This document shows, piece after piece, positions 23,924 to 32,686 of a DNA stretch of 40,000 nt. Numbering within the stretch: the stretch's first letter is position 1; each line of letters starts with the position of its first letter. Source of the DNA: Hydrogenobacter sp. RSW1 (GTDB lineage: Bacteria > Aquificota > Aquificia > Aquificales > Aquificaceae); assembly GCA_038009385.1 (NCBI GenBank), contig JBBPCA010000011.1:12479-52478 (forward strand), written 5' to 3'. Below the pieces are notes generated by a model, which was given only the letters and a program-made list of their open reading frames with translations, was not told the origin of the DNA and ran no database searches. Both the position numbers and the translations under genes were made by a program.

Positions 23924-24747
23924 ATATAGTGAAAAATGTTCTAAGATATCCGGGAGGTAAATCAAAAGCTGTAGAAAAGATTATAGCTAATATACCAGCT
24001 AATATAAAGGAGTTTAGAGAACCAATGGTTGGTGGCGGTTCAGTTTCTTTAGTGGTAAAACAACTTTTCCCAAATGTAAAGGTAAAAATAAATGATTTGA
24101 ATTATGATTTGATATGCTTTTGGAAAACATTACGGGATAATCCTGATGAGTTAATTAAGGAAGTGAGAAAAATAAAAGAAACTTACAAAGACGGAAGAAA
24201 ACTTTATAATGAATTTACGACTAAAAATGGTGGTAATGAATTTGAAAGGGCGGTCAGGTTTTTTGTGTTAAATAGAATAACTTTTTCTGGGACTGTAGAC
24301 TCGGGAGGATATTCTCAACAAGCTTTTGAAAAAAGGTTCACCAATAGTGCAATTGAAAAGCTAAAAAGAGCGTCTGAGATTATCAAGGACTTCGAGATTA
24401 CTCATGGTGATTATGAAAAACCGCTATTTGAAGATGGAGAGGGCGTATTTATCTTTTTAGACCCTCCCTATTATAGCACAGCAAAATCAAAATTATATGG
24501 TAAAAACGGGAACTTACATTTAAGCTTTGATCATGAAAGATTTGCTGCTAATATGAAAAAATGTAAACATTTGTGGTTGATAACTTACGATGACTGCACA
24601 GAAGTACGAGAGTTATTCAGTTTTGCGTACATATATCCCTGGGAACTCCAGTATGGGATGAATAACTATAAGCGGAAAACTGCGAGGAAAGGCAGAGAAT
24701 TATTTATTACAAACTATAGGATATCGTTCGAAAATTTTAAAATTTAA
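23920..24747 (+). CDS. DNA adenine methylase, D12 (Dam) class
   Basis: LRYPGGKSKAVEKI, FREPMVGGGSVSL, FIFLDPPYYSTAKSKLYGKNG, FNRITFSGT-like VLNRITFSGTVDSGGYSQ. Confidence 0.93.
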   Translation: MNIVKNVLRYPGGKSKAVEKIIANIPANIKEFREPMVGGGSVSLVVKQLFPNVKVKINDLNYDLICFWKTLRDNPDELIKEVRKIKETYKDGRKLYNEFTTKNGGNEFERAVRFFVLNRITFSGTVDSGGYSQQAFEKRFTNSAIEKLKRASEIIKDFEITHGDYEKPLFEDGEGVFIFLDPPYYSTAKSKLYGKNGNLHLSFDHERFAANMKKCKHLWLITYDDCTEVRELFSFAYIYPWELQYGMNNYKRKTARKGRELFITNYRISFENFKI

Positions 24748-24786
24748 GATAGTTCGACTCCTTTATTGTCATTTATACCATTACGA

Positions 24787-24807
24787 AGCTGAAAAGTTGA
24801 TATCCTC
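24787..24807 (+). repeat. 21-nt repeat copy 2 (AGCTGAAAAGTTGATATCCTC)
   Basis: Direct repeat of 22801-22821, on the opposite side of the R-M gene pair. Confidence 0.6.
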
Positions 24808-25057
24808 AAAATCATATGAGAACATAAGAATACCAAACAGCAAATTGATCGAAGGGGATGAGTTGATAGGTAATAGGGGGTATAAGAACTACGAATTTGA
24901 GGATCAGCTAAAGGACGAGAGGATAGAATTCAGACTATCTGAAGGGTGTAATCTTGATGGAAAAGTTAGAGCTGTAAGTTTTAAAGGTTTTGTTTTGAAA
25001 ATCCTTATGGCTATTTTTTCTTATAATATTTCAAGGTTGGTCAAGGCAGAAGCTTAA
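24797..25057 (+). pseudogene. Transposase C-terminal remnant (IS5/IS4-like DDE)
   Basis: GDELIGNRGYKNYEFEDQLKDERIEFR...VLKILMAIFSYNISRLVKAEA resembles transposase C terminus; no N-terminal part present. Confidence 0.65.
24991..25046 (+). repeat. 56-nt direct repeat copy A (transposase 3' end)
   Basis: TGTTTTGAAAATCCTTATGGCTATTTTTTCTTATAATATTTCAAGGTTGGTCAAGG; 53/56 identical to 27536-27591. Confidence 0.9.
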
Positions 25058-25162
25058 GCTATTTTAGCTAAAATTTTAAGAATATTAAGCCTTTATTTTT
25101 CTGAAAATTTAGACAAATTTAGGTTAAAATAACAATGTTTATGATGAGGAGGTGAAAAACAG

Positions 25163-26416
25163 TTGACAATTTATGTTGAAAGGTATATGGAGGACCGGGA
25201 GAGAAACTATGTAGAGCACGAAATAATTCTCCGAAAAGCGGTTTTAAAAATCCCAAGTTCTAACTTTGGGGTGTTTTCCCTTTACAAGTATCCTGCAAAG
25301 TTCATCTCACAGGTGCCTGCCTTTGTGATGGAAAACTATGCTAAAAAAGGCATGAAGGTTTTTGACCCCTTTGCGGGCTTTGGAACGGTGGGCTATACTG
25401 CACGGCTTTATGGGCTTGAGTATGAACTCTGGGACTTAAACCCACTGCTTGAATATTTTCACTCCCTTTGTGAGATAGAGCCTAAACCTTTAGACAAAAG
25501 CTTGGTTGATAAAATCAAAGCTCACTCTCAAGAGTTTATTCCAGACTGGTCTAACCTTGAATACTGGCATCCAGTGGAGTTTATTTCACTTCTCTCTAAG
25601 GCTTGGGGCTTCTATCACAAAGATGCGGACGAATACACTAAAAAACTTCTACTAATTCCCCTTCTAAAGCTTACAAAATATTTCTCTTATGCAGACGAAA
25701 AGGTTCACAAACTTTACAAGTCAAAATATGCCAAAGGGAAGGTTGAAAAGCTGTTAAAGGAAGACTACAAAGCACTATTTTATAGCCTACTCGAAAAGGA
25801 ACTTGGAAATTTACAGCAAAAGCTAAAGGAGTATCAAAGCCTGAATCCCAAAAAGGTAAATTGCAAGGTAAAGGCAGGTGTTGATGTTCTGGAGGAGGAC
25901 TTAGAAGAGCCTGTGAATATTCTAATAACTTCTCCACCCTACCTGCAAGCTCAGGAGTACATAAGGACTACAAAGTTAGAACTTTTTTGGCTGGGCTTTA
26001 AAGAGGACTATATCCGTAGCTTAGCAAAGAAAGAAATTCCATACAGAGATGTTCCAAAAGTTGAAATTTTTTCTGATACATACCATACCTACAGAACACT
26101 TATTGAGGAAAAACATTTGCTTGAACTTTATGACAATTACTTTTTTGCAATTCTTTCTGTATTTAAAAAGCTATCCAAGAAAGTGTTGGATTATATGTTT
26201 ATCTTTGTGGGACCGGCAAAAATAAGAGGGCAGAAAGTCCCAATACATCAGGTCGTCATCCAGCACATGGAAGGCAAGGGTGATTGGGTGCATGAAAGAA
26301 CTTACATAGACAAGATCGTATCAAGGGTTATGTTTTCCACAGAAAAGAACCCTGCCACAGGAATAGAAGACCAAAGGATAGATAAAGAGTATTTAGTAGT
26401 TTTGAAAAGGAGATAA
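25163..26416 (+). CDS. DNA methyltransferase with TSPPY motif (m4C/m6A amino-methyltransferase)
   Basis: 417 aa; KVFDPFAGFGTVGYTA (motif I) followed by NILITSPPYLQAQEYIR (motif IV); SD gaggagg; start codon possibly TTG. Confidence 0.85.
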   Translation: MTIYVERYMEDRERNYVEHEIILRKAVLKIPSSNFGVFSLYKYPAKFISQVPAFVMENYAKKGMKVFDPFAGFGTVGYTARLYGLEYELWDLNPLLEYFHSLCEIEPKPLDKSLVDKIKAHSQEFIPDWSNLEYWHPVEFISLLSKAWGFYHKDADEYTKKLLLIPLLKLTKYFSYADEKVHKLYKSKYAKGKVEKLLKEDYKALFYSLLEKELGNLQQKLKEYQSLNPKKVNCKVKAGVDVLEEDLEEPVNILITSPPYLQAQEYIRTTKLELFWLGFKEDYIRSLAKKEIPYRDVPKVEIFSDTYHTYRTLIEEKHLLELYDNYFFAILSVFKKLSKKVLDYMFIFVGPAKIRGQKVPIHQVVIQHMEGKGDWVHERTYIDKIVSRVMFSTEKNPATGIEDQRIDKEYLVVLKRR

Positions 26417-26421
26417 GCTGG

Positions 26422-27359
26422 ATGTTCTTAACAAAGGGACATTTAGCTTCTCCCAACAAGTTTAAGGAGTTAGAAGATTTAAGGAACTTTTTGTCTAAGC
26501 TTAAGGCAGATTATAAACTTCCCTTTGACGAAGAAGATTTATCAATGCTTTTACTGTCCGTTCTTAGATGCGATGATATTAGCAGTAGTTATGGCATACT
26601 GAAGAAAAAAGGGAAAAGGAGATATATAGATGAATTAAAAGTAAAAGCGTGGTTAGAGGAAAAGATCCTGAAATTCTTAAGCTACTACTCTTTTCTATTG
26701 AGATCACTTATAGCATGTTTTTAGGAGAGAGTAGGGCTACTCTAATGCAAAAAGGATTTAGGGAAAGAAGAAGGAGCTTTGAAGCTATAGTGGTGGATCA
26801 ATTTGTAGGAAAGCTCGGAGAGGTTGCGGTCAAAAGATTTTTGGAAGATCATTTCAATGTAAATGTAGAGCTGGACTGGGATATTTCTCCGCAAAGGGAA
26901 AGGCACATAAACGATATAAAGAACGCAAATAAACTTATAAGCATAAAAACTTCTCCAAGTTTGGCAGGTATATGGGCTGAGGCGGATAAGGGATACGGTT
27001 ACGGAATAATGGTTAAATGTTCCGTCCCACTCCATCCTCTTCTGCAGTTCTTTATTGAGGTGTGTGGTTTTAGAAATCTCTTAGACTTCGCCAAAGAAAG
27101 GTTAGGTTCAGAAGCCTTCTATGTGGATAGCATTAGAAATAGAATATTTAGCAGTGCGCAATGCGGTCAGATAAAGACAAACTTTGTATGTTATGTTTGT
27201 GGGTATTTTGAAGTTTCGGATGAAAACCTGAGAAAAGAGGGAGAAATACTTGAATATTTGGGAGAAGTAAGAGAAGAAAGGCACTTGGTTAGGATAGATG
27301 AGCTAAAATATACGCAAGATAGCTGGGGAGAGTTTATAAAGTCAGTGGAGCTTTACTAA
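26422..27359 (+). pseudogene. Putative type II restriction endonuclease partner, split by frameshift (26422-26724 and 26649-27359)
   Basis: ORF 26422-26724 ends at a TAG while the overlapping +1-frame ORF continues EITYSMFLGESRATLMQKGF...FVGKLGEVAVKRFLEDHF...HINDIKNANKLISIKTSPSLAG (possible nuclease core D-x-IKT). Confidence 0.5.
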
Positions 27360-27535
27360 AACCTGCAAGAAAGCTCTATCTTCTATAAAGTGGAGATGAA
27401 TTGTGAAAGATTGAACTATACAGAACTTTTGAAGGGAAGATAAAATGCGATGACGATAGTTTTATTTGTGAGTTTTGGTTAAGACGAGGAAAAAGAGAAA
27501 GCTACAAGAAGGAAGAAAATAGAAACCTTAGGGTC

Positions 27536-27591
27536 TGTTTTGAAAATCTTTATGGCTATTTTTTCTTATAACATTTCAAGGTTGGTGAAGG
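27536..27591 (+). repeat. 56-nt direct repeat copy B (transposase 3' end remnant)
   Basis: TGTTTTGAAAATCTTTATGGCTATTTTTTCTTATAACATTTCAAGGTTGGTGAAGG, same as 24991-25046 with 3 mismatches. Confidence 0.9.
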
Positions 27592-27598
27592 TGGCAAC

Positions 27599-28927
27599 TC
27601 AAGTTATTATAATCTCTCTTCTTATGAGCTTGATAAGTTCATCCATCTCTTTTCTTGTTCTTTTCTCTGTAACTGCCACAAGAAGAGTGTCTTTGTAGCC
27701 AAACCTTTCTAAGGGTATCCCAAACAGGTAGCCTTTTTCAAGAAGTTCTCTATAAAGGTTTGAGACTTTATTTTTCCTTATAGGAAACTCCCACAGATGT
27801 TTTCCCATGTATAACTCTTCAAACCCTAAGGAGACAAGCTTGTCTTTTAGATACATAGCCTTTGAAATGCTCTGTTTTGCAACTTCTCTCATACCTTCCT
27901 TTCCTAAAAGGACCATGTAGATGAGGTTTGCAAGAGCCATGAGATTTTGGTTTGTACATATGTTTGATGTGGCCCTTTCTCTTCTTATGTGTTGCTCCCT
28001 TGTCTGAAGCACAAGAGTAAAAGCCCTCTTTCCATCTATATCTTCTCCAAGTCCCACAAGCCTTCCTGGCATCTTCCTTAAGTGTTCTACCTTTACAGCA
28101 AAAAAACCCACATAAGGTCCACCAAAGCTTAAAGGCAGTCCCATCTGTTGCCCTTCACCGACCACTATGTCCGCTCCGTAATCTCCTGGAGGTCTAAGTA
28201 CGGAAAGAGCTATGGGATCTGCGACTACTACAAAGGGTACCTGATAGCTCTTTACTGTTTTTCCTATTTCTTCCAGAGGCTCAACAAAACCTAAAAAGTT
28301 AGGGTACTGCACCGCTACCGCATGAACTTCACCCCTTTTGAGGGAGTCATCCAGGAGTTTAACATCTGTGTATCCGTTTTCTCCAATAGGTATTAAATCT
28401 ACCTCATCCTGATAGCCCAAAAGGTAAGTCTTTACAACTTCCCTGTAGAGGGGGTTTATACCTTCTGAAAGTAGAACTCTACTCCCCTTGCCCTTTATAG
28501 CTCTTGCCATAAGGATGGCAGATGCCAAAGCTGAAGCACCATCGTACATGCTTGCATTGGCTACATCCATACCTGTAAGCTCGCATATGAGTGTTTGGTA
28601 CTCAAAAATAGCTTGAAGTGTACCTTGGGACGCTTCGGCCTGATAGGGCGTGTATGCGGTTAAAAACTCCCCCCTGCTAAGTATCTGCCATACCGCAGAG
28701 GGTATTATCCTGTCGTAAGCTCCAAACCCGGCAAAACACACAAGCTCCCTGTTTCCTTTGGATAGCTCCTTAAAATACCTCCTTACTTCTTCTTCAGTCA
28801 TAGGCGGTTCTAAGTTGGGGGATTCTAAAAGATGAGGGTCTATATGGGAGAAAAGATCATCTAAGGATGAAAGTCCAAGTTGTTCTAAGGCTCTCTGCAG
28901 GTCATCCTGCGAGTGGGGTATGTACAT
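27599..28927 (-). CDS. gcvPA: Glycine dehydrogenase (decarboxylating) subunit 1
   Basis: 442 aa; CFAGFGAYDRIIPSAV, EFLTAYTPYQAEASQGTLQAIFEYQTLI, TREQHIRRERATSNICTNQNL. Confidence 0.96.
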   Translation of the reverse strand: MYIPHSQDDLQRALEQLGLSSLDDLFSHIDPHLLESPNLEPPMTEEEVRRYFKELSKGNRELVCFAGFGAYDRIIPSAVWQILSRGEFLTAYTPYQAEASQGTLQAIFEYQTLICELTGMDVANASMYDGASALASAILMARAIKGKGSRVLLSEGINPLYREVVKTYLLGYQDEVDLIPIGENGYTDVKLLDDSLKRGEVHAVAVQYPNFLGFVEPLEEIGKTVKSYQVPFVVVADPIALSVLRPPGDYGADIVVGEGQQMGLPLSFGGPYVGFFAVKVEHLRKMPGRLVGLGEDIDGKRAFTLVLQTREQHIRRERATSNICTNQNLMALANLIYMVLLGKEGMREVAKQSISKAMYLKDKLVSLGFEELYMGKHLWEFPIRKNKVSNLYRELLEKGYLFGIPLERFGYKDTLLVAVTEKRTRKEMDELIKLIRREIIIT

Positions 28928-29457
28928 TACCTTTCCTTCTCTTCGTAAGGATGTTCCTCTTCAGGGAGCGCTTCAAGGGATTCTTCTATGGTAGGAGTTA
29001 TTTCTTCTTCTGGTATCTCAAGGGATATATTCTCTCCCTTTTCCTCTTTTACTATCTCAACAAGCAGCTCAGCATAATCCTGCGCAGGCATAAGGTCTTC
29101 CACCTCCATAGGGTCGGAAAGCTCAAGCACCGCTATCCATCCATCATCGTATGGTGATTCGTTTATAAGGTGTGGCTCATCTGAAAGTTGTTCGTTAACT
29201 TCCACAACCGTGCCAGACAGGGGTGAGTATACGGGTGCCACATTTTTAACAGATTCTATGTTAGCAATGGTGTCCGCACTCTCAAAGCTTTGTCCTACAG
29301 AGGGCAGGTCTACATAGACTATGTCCCCCAGTTCCTTCTGGGCATAGTCCGTTATACCTATCCATGCCTTGTTTCCTTTAATGAGAGCCCATTCGTGGTC
29401 TTTGGTGTAATACCTGTCTGTTCTTACCGTATACTTTCCAACAGTTATCTCATCCAT
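28927..29457 (-). CDS. gcvH: Glycine cleavage system H protein with C-terminal acidic extension
   Basis: YTKDHEWALIKGNKAWIGITDYAQKELGDIVYVDLP, ESVKNVAPVYSPLSGTVVEVNE; tail EEEITPTIEESLEALPEEEHPYEEKER. Confidence 0.95.
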   Translation of the reverse strand: MDEITVGKYTVRTDRYYTKDHEWALIKGNKAWIGITDYAQKELGDIVYVDLPSVGQSFESADTIANIESVKNVAPVYSPLSGTVVEVNEQLSDEPHLINESPYDDGWIAVLELSDPMEVEDLMPAQDYAELLVEIVKEEKGENISLEIPEEEITPTIEESLEALPEEEHPYEEKER

Positions 29458-29950
29458 GACAAACCTCCTGTAAAACCTCGTAATCTATTCCGTATTCTTC
29501 TTTTACCAACTTCATCACATCCAAAAAGTCCATCTCTTCATTTATAAACTTTTCCATAGTTCTAATTATATAGTCCAAGTCTATAAGCTTCAGGAGAGCT
29601 ATACCTTTCCAACACCTTTCTGCGGTCAAGAGGTTTTTTCGTCTTTGGCTTATGAAGTTTAGTATTTTTTCCTTGGTGATAAGTTCCTTGCCGTCAAGCA
29701 CAAGCACATCGTGTCCCCTGAGTTTTCTCAACCCTTTGTATATTCCATAAAGAAGGGTTCCCTTATCGTTTCTCATAAAAACCAGTTCGGGAAACTTGTC
29801 AAATAGGTGTTTCATCTCTGATGTTATCACTGCGTAAAGGCTGTCTGGACCTACAAACTTCTTCAGAAGGCTTAACTCTCTTTCCAGTTTGCTTACCAAT
29901 CTCTGGTCCTCCGTGAGCTTTGCGTACAAGACTATAAGAACTTTTATCAT
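29450..29950 (-). CDS. Hypothetical protein
   Basis: 166 aa ORF in operon-like overlap with gcvH; weak GT-A/nucleotidyltransferase-like flavour (KGTLLYGIYKGLRKLRGHDVLVLDGKELIT). Confidence 0.6.
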   Translation of the reverse strand: MIKVLIVLYAKLTEDQRLVSKLERELSLLKKFVGPDSLYAVITSEMKHLFDKFPELVFMRNDKGTLLYGIYKGLRKLRGHDVLVLDGKELITKEKILNFISQRRKNLLTAERCWKGIALLKLIDLDYIIRTMEKFINEEMDFLDVMKLVKEEYGIDYEVLQEVCHG

Positions 29951-29992
29951 CAGTTATAATATTATAAGGTTTGCTTGCTTTTGGAGGTGGAA

Positions 29993-31099
29993 ATGTCTAA
30001 GAAAATAAAAGTTGCCATAGTAGGAGTAGGTAATTGTGCAAGCTCCCTTGTTCAAGGTATCTACTATTATAAAAAAAACCAAAATGCTAATGTGAACGGT
30101 CTTATGTTTGAAGATGTGGGAGGGTACAAACCGTATGATGTTGAGGTAGTCGCCGCTTGGGACATTGACGCTCGTAAAGTAGGTAAAGATTTATCAGAGG
30201 CCATATTCTCACCACCTAACTGTACAGCCATTTTTGAAAGGGACATTCCCAAAAAAGGTGTAAAAGTCAGGATGGGAAAAGTTCTTGATGGTTTAGCAGA
30301 GCACATGAAACACTATCCACCAGAGAGAAGTTTTGTGCTTGCGGAAGAAAAGGAGGATGAACTTGAAGATGTAGTAAGGGTTTTGAAAGAAACAGGAGCT
30401 GAAATACTCATTAACTATGTTCCAGTAGGTTCTGAGCAAGCTGCAAGGTTTTATGCAGAAGCTTGCTTAAAAGCAGGGGTATCTTTTATCAACGGTATGC
30501 CTGCTTTTATAGTTTCTGATCCAGAGTGGGCTGAAAGGTTTGAAAAAGAAGGTATTCCGGTAGTAGGAGATGACATAAAGTCTCAGGTGGGAGCTACCAT
30601 ACTTCACAGGTCTCTTGTTCAACTTTTTATAGACAGAGGTGTAAAGATAGAAAGGACTTACCAACTTAACTTTGGTGGCAATACAGACTTTTTGAATATG
30701 TTAGAGAGAGAAAGGCTAAAAACAAAGAAACAATCTAAAACTCAGGCAGTTTCTTCTCTGATCCCTTATCCTATAAGTGAGTACGACATACACATAGGAC
30801 CTTCTGATTGGGTACCTTGGCTAAATGACAGAAAGATAGCTTACATAAGGATAGAAGGCAAGCAGTTTGGTGATGTTCCCATGTATGTAGAGTTAAAGCT
30901 TGATGTAGAAGATTCCCCAAATAGTGCAGGTTCTATGATGGATGCCATAAGATGTTGTAAGCTTGCAAGAGACAGAGGCATAGGTGGACCACTGTATTCT
31001 ATCAGTGCCTACACCATGAAACATCCTCCTGTGCAGTATCCAGACTTTCAAGCAAGAAAGATGGTAGAAGAGTTCATAAGGGGCGAAAGGGAAAGATGA
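29993..31099 (+). CDS. ino1: Inositol-3-phosphate synthase (myo-inositol-1-phosphate synthase)
   Basis: VAIVGVGNCASSLVQGIYYY, GDDIKSQVGATILHR, LNFGGNTDFLNMLE, IEGKQFGDVPMYVELKLDVEDSPNSAGSMMDAIR; GGAGGTG SD before MSKKIK. Confidence 0.94.
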   Translation: MSKKIKVAIVGVGNCASSLVQGIYYYKKNQNANVNGLMFEDVGGYKPYDVEVVAAWDIDARKVGKDLSEAIFSPPNCTAIFERDIPKKGVKVRMGKVLDGLAEHMKHYPPERSFVLAEEKEDELEDVVRVLKETGAEILINYVPVGSEQAARFYAEACLKAGVSFINGMPAFIVSDPEWAERFEKEGIPVVGDDIKSQVGATILHRSLVQLFIDRGVKIERTYQLNFGGNTDFLNMLERERLKTKKQSKTQAVSSLIPYPISEYDIHIGPSDWVPWLNDRKIAYIRIEGKQFGDVPMYVELKLDVEDSPNSAGSMMDAIRCCKLARDRGIGGPLYSISAYTMKHPPVQYPDFQARKMVEEFIRGERER

Positions 31100-31117
31100 A
31101 AAATACGGGGGATATGC

Positions 31118-31726
31118 TTGGCTTTTGAAGACATTTTCCCCAAGCCTATTAAAGAAGCCATAGAGAGCATAACCAAAATACCCACCTACGGTGAGAGGGG
31201 TGCCAGCAGGTTTGTTTACAACCTTCTTAAAGTTCTACCAGAGGATAAAACCCTTATAGTGGATACGCTTCAAAACTTGGTAAAAAGCATCAAAAATTGT
31301 TCTGAATGTGGGATACTCACAGACAGAGATGTGTGCGCCATATGTTCTGACAGTAAACGCAGTAAAAAATTCATATGCGTAGTTGAGGAGTCCCAGGACG
31401 CTTATGCCATAGAAAAACTTGAAAGATACACCGGTGTTTATCACATCCTAGGTGGCAGGATAGCACCGCTGGAAGGTATATCTGCCCAAGAACTTAGCAT
31501 AGACAAACTTCTTGAAAGAATAGAAAAATACAAACCTAAGGAGGTTATAATAGCAACCAACCCAAATGTGGAAGGTGAAGCAACAGCCAATTACATTATA
31601 AAATTACTAAGAAAACAATTTCCCCATCTGAAGATAACGAGAATATCCTATGGACTGCAGTTTGGCAGTTTCATTGAGTTTGCAGATGAGATTTCCCTTG
31701 AAAAGTCCTTAGAAAACAGGAAGTAA
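31118..31726 (+). CDS. recR: Recombination protein RecR
   Basis: TKIPTYGERGASRFVYNLL, CSECGILTDRDVCAICSD, GVYHILGGRIAPLEGI, ATNPNVEGEATANYI. Confidence 0.95.
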   Translation: MAFEDIFPKPIKEAIESITKIPTYGERGASRFVYNLLKVLPEDKTLIVDTLQNLVKSIKNCSECGILTDRDVCAICSDSKRSKKFICVVEESQDAYAIEKLERYTGVYHILGGRIAPLEGISAQELSIDKLLERIEKYKPKEVIIATNPNVEGEATANYIIKLLRKQFPHLKITRISYGLQFGSFIEFADEISLEKSLENRK

Positions 31727-31799
31727 ATTCTATTTATTTTTAGAACAGCCTCCATTACTCTATAGACAACTTTTCTCAAGAGAGGTTAAAATAATTATC

Positions 31800-32216
31800 A
31801 TGACTGGGTACGAGACAATAAACTATCTGAGTCTTATAACTATAGGGATAAGTGGACTCTCTATAATTGCCGGGCTTTACTTTATTAAGACGGGGAGAAG
31901 AGAATTACACAGAAAAGCTATGATAAATGCATCTGTGTTTGCCCTTTTGTTTGTAGCTCTTTACCTTCTAAAAAACGCCCTTTTCCCCACTTCTAAGTAT
32001 GAAGGACCATACAGAAGCCTTTTCTTGTTTATACTTTGGTCGCATACTGCACTTGCTATACTGAACTTTCCCCTTGCTGTGATCACTTTAAGATACGCTT
32101 TAAAAGGGGTTTTTGATAAACACAAGAGGATAGCACCCATCACTGCAGGGGTTTGGCTTTATGTGGCTTTTACTGGCTGGCTCATATACTTCTTTATGCA
32201 GTGGTTAAACCAGTGA
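31800..32216 (+). CDS. DUF420 family membrane protein
   Basis: 138 aa with four hydrophobic segments; RRELHRKAMINASVFALLFVALYLLK and FDKHKRIAPITAGVWLYVAFTGWLIYFFM. Confidence 0.85.
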   Translation: MTGYETINYLSLITIGISGLSIIAGLYFIKTGRRELHRKAMINASVFALLFVALYLLKNALFPTSKYEGPYRSLFLFILWSHTALAILNFPLAVITLRYALKGVFDKHKRIAPITAGVWLYVAFTGWLIYFFMQWLNQ

Positions 32217-32651
32217 ATGGGAACACCCATCGCACACGCCAAATATCTCAAGTCTGTGATTGATGGGGGTAAATTTATACTCCTCACAAACCTTGTCTTG
32301 GATTTCCTCTATGTCCTCTCTATAAAACTCTATGATCTTACCGCACTTTACACATATGAGATGTTCGTGGTGAGGCTTACCTGCGATAAACTCGTATATG
32401 GTCCTGTTACCGAGTTTTATAACTTCCCTTATAGCACCAAACTCTTGAAGAAGCTTAACAGTTCTGTATATGGTAGACCTTGAAGCCACACCCTTATCTT
32501 GATTGCTCACCCACACAACAAGCTGTTCTATTTCAAAGTGAGATCCATAACTTGCTATCTTGTCTATAAGCTCAAGCCGGCTTTTGGTAACCTTATAACC
32601 CTTTTGTTTGAGAAACTGTTCAAACTTCTGTTTCAATTCATCTAGCTGCAT
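32205..32651 (-). CDS. fur: Fur-family transcriptional regulator
   Basis: KGYKVTKSRLELIDKIA, SRSTIYRTVKLLQEFGAI, HHEHLICVKCGKIIEF, FGVCDGC; start probably ATG at 32649-32651. Confidence 0.9.
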   Translation of the reverse strand: MQLDELKQKFEQFLKQKGYKVTKSRLELIDKIASYGSHFEIEQLVVWVSNQDKGVASRSTIYRTVKLLQEFGAIREVIKLGNRTIYEFIAGKPHHEHLICVKCGKIIEFYREDIEEIQDKVCEEYKFTPINHRLEIFGVCDGCSHSLV

Positions 32652-32657
32652 ACCATT

Positions 32658-32686
32658 AATATAGCTCAAATGAATTTCATTTGCAA
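32658..32686 (-). promoter_or_regulatory. Candidate fur promoter (TTGCAA-17-TATATT) containing the 7-1-7 palindrome AAATGAATTTCATTT (32668-32682)
   Basis: Exact dyad AAATGAA-T-TTCATTT sits in the spacer; the self-complementary TTGCAA could serve as -35 on both strands. Confidence 0.55.

Noticed and set aside
25671-25937. 88-aa minus strand ORF as an antitoxin/controller
   Set aside because: Antisense within the methyltransferase gene, with no helix-turn-helix pattern.
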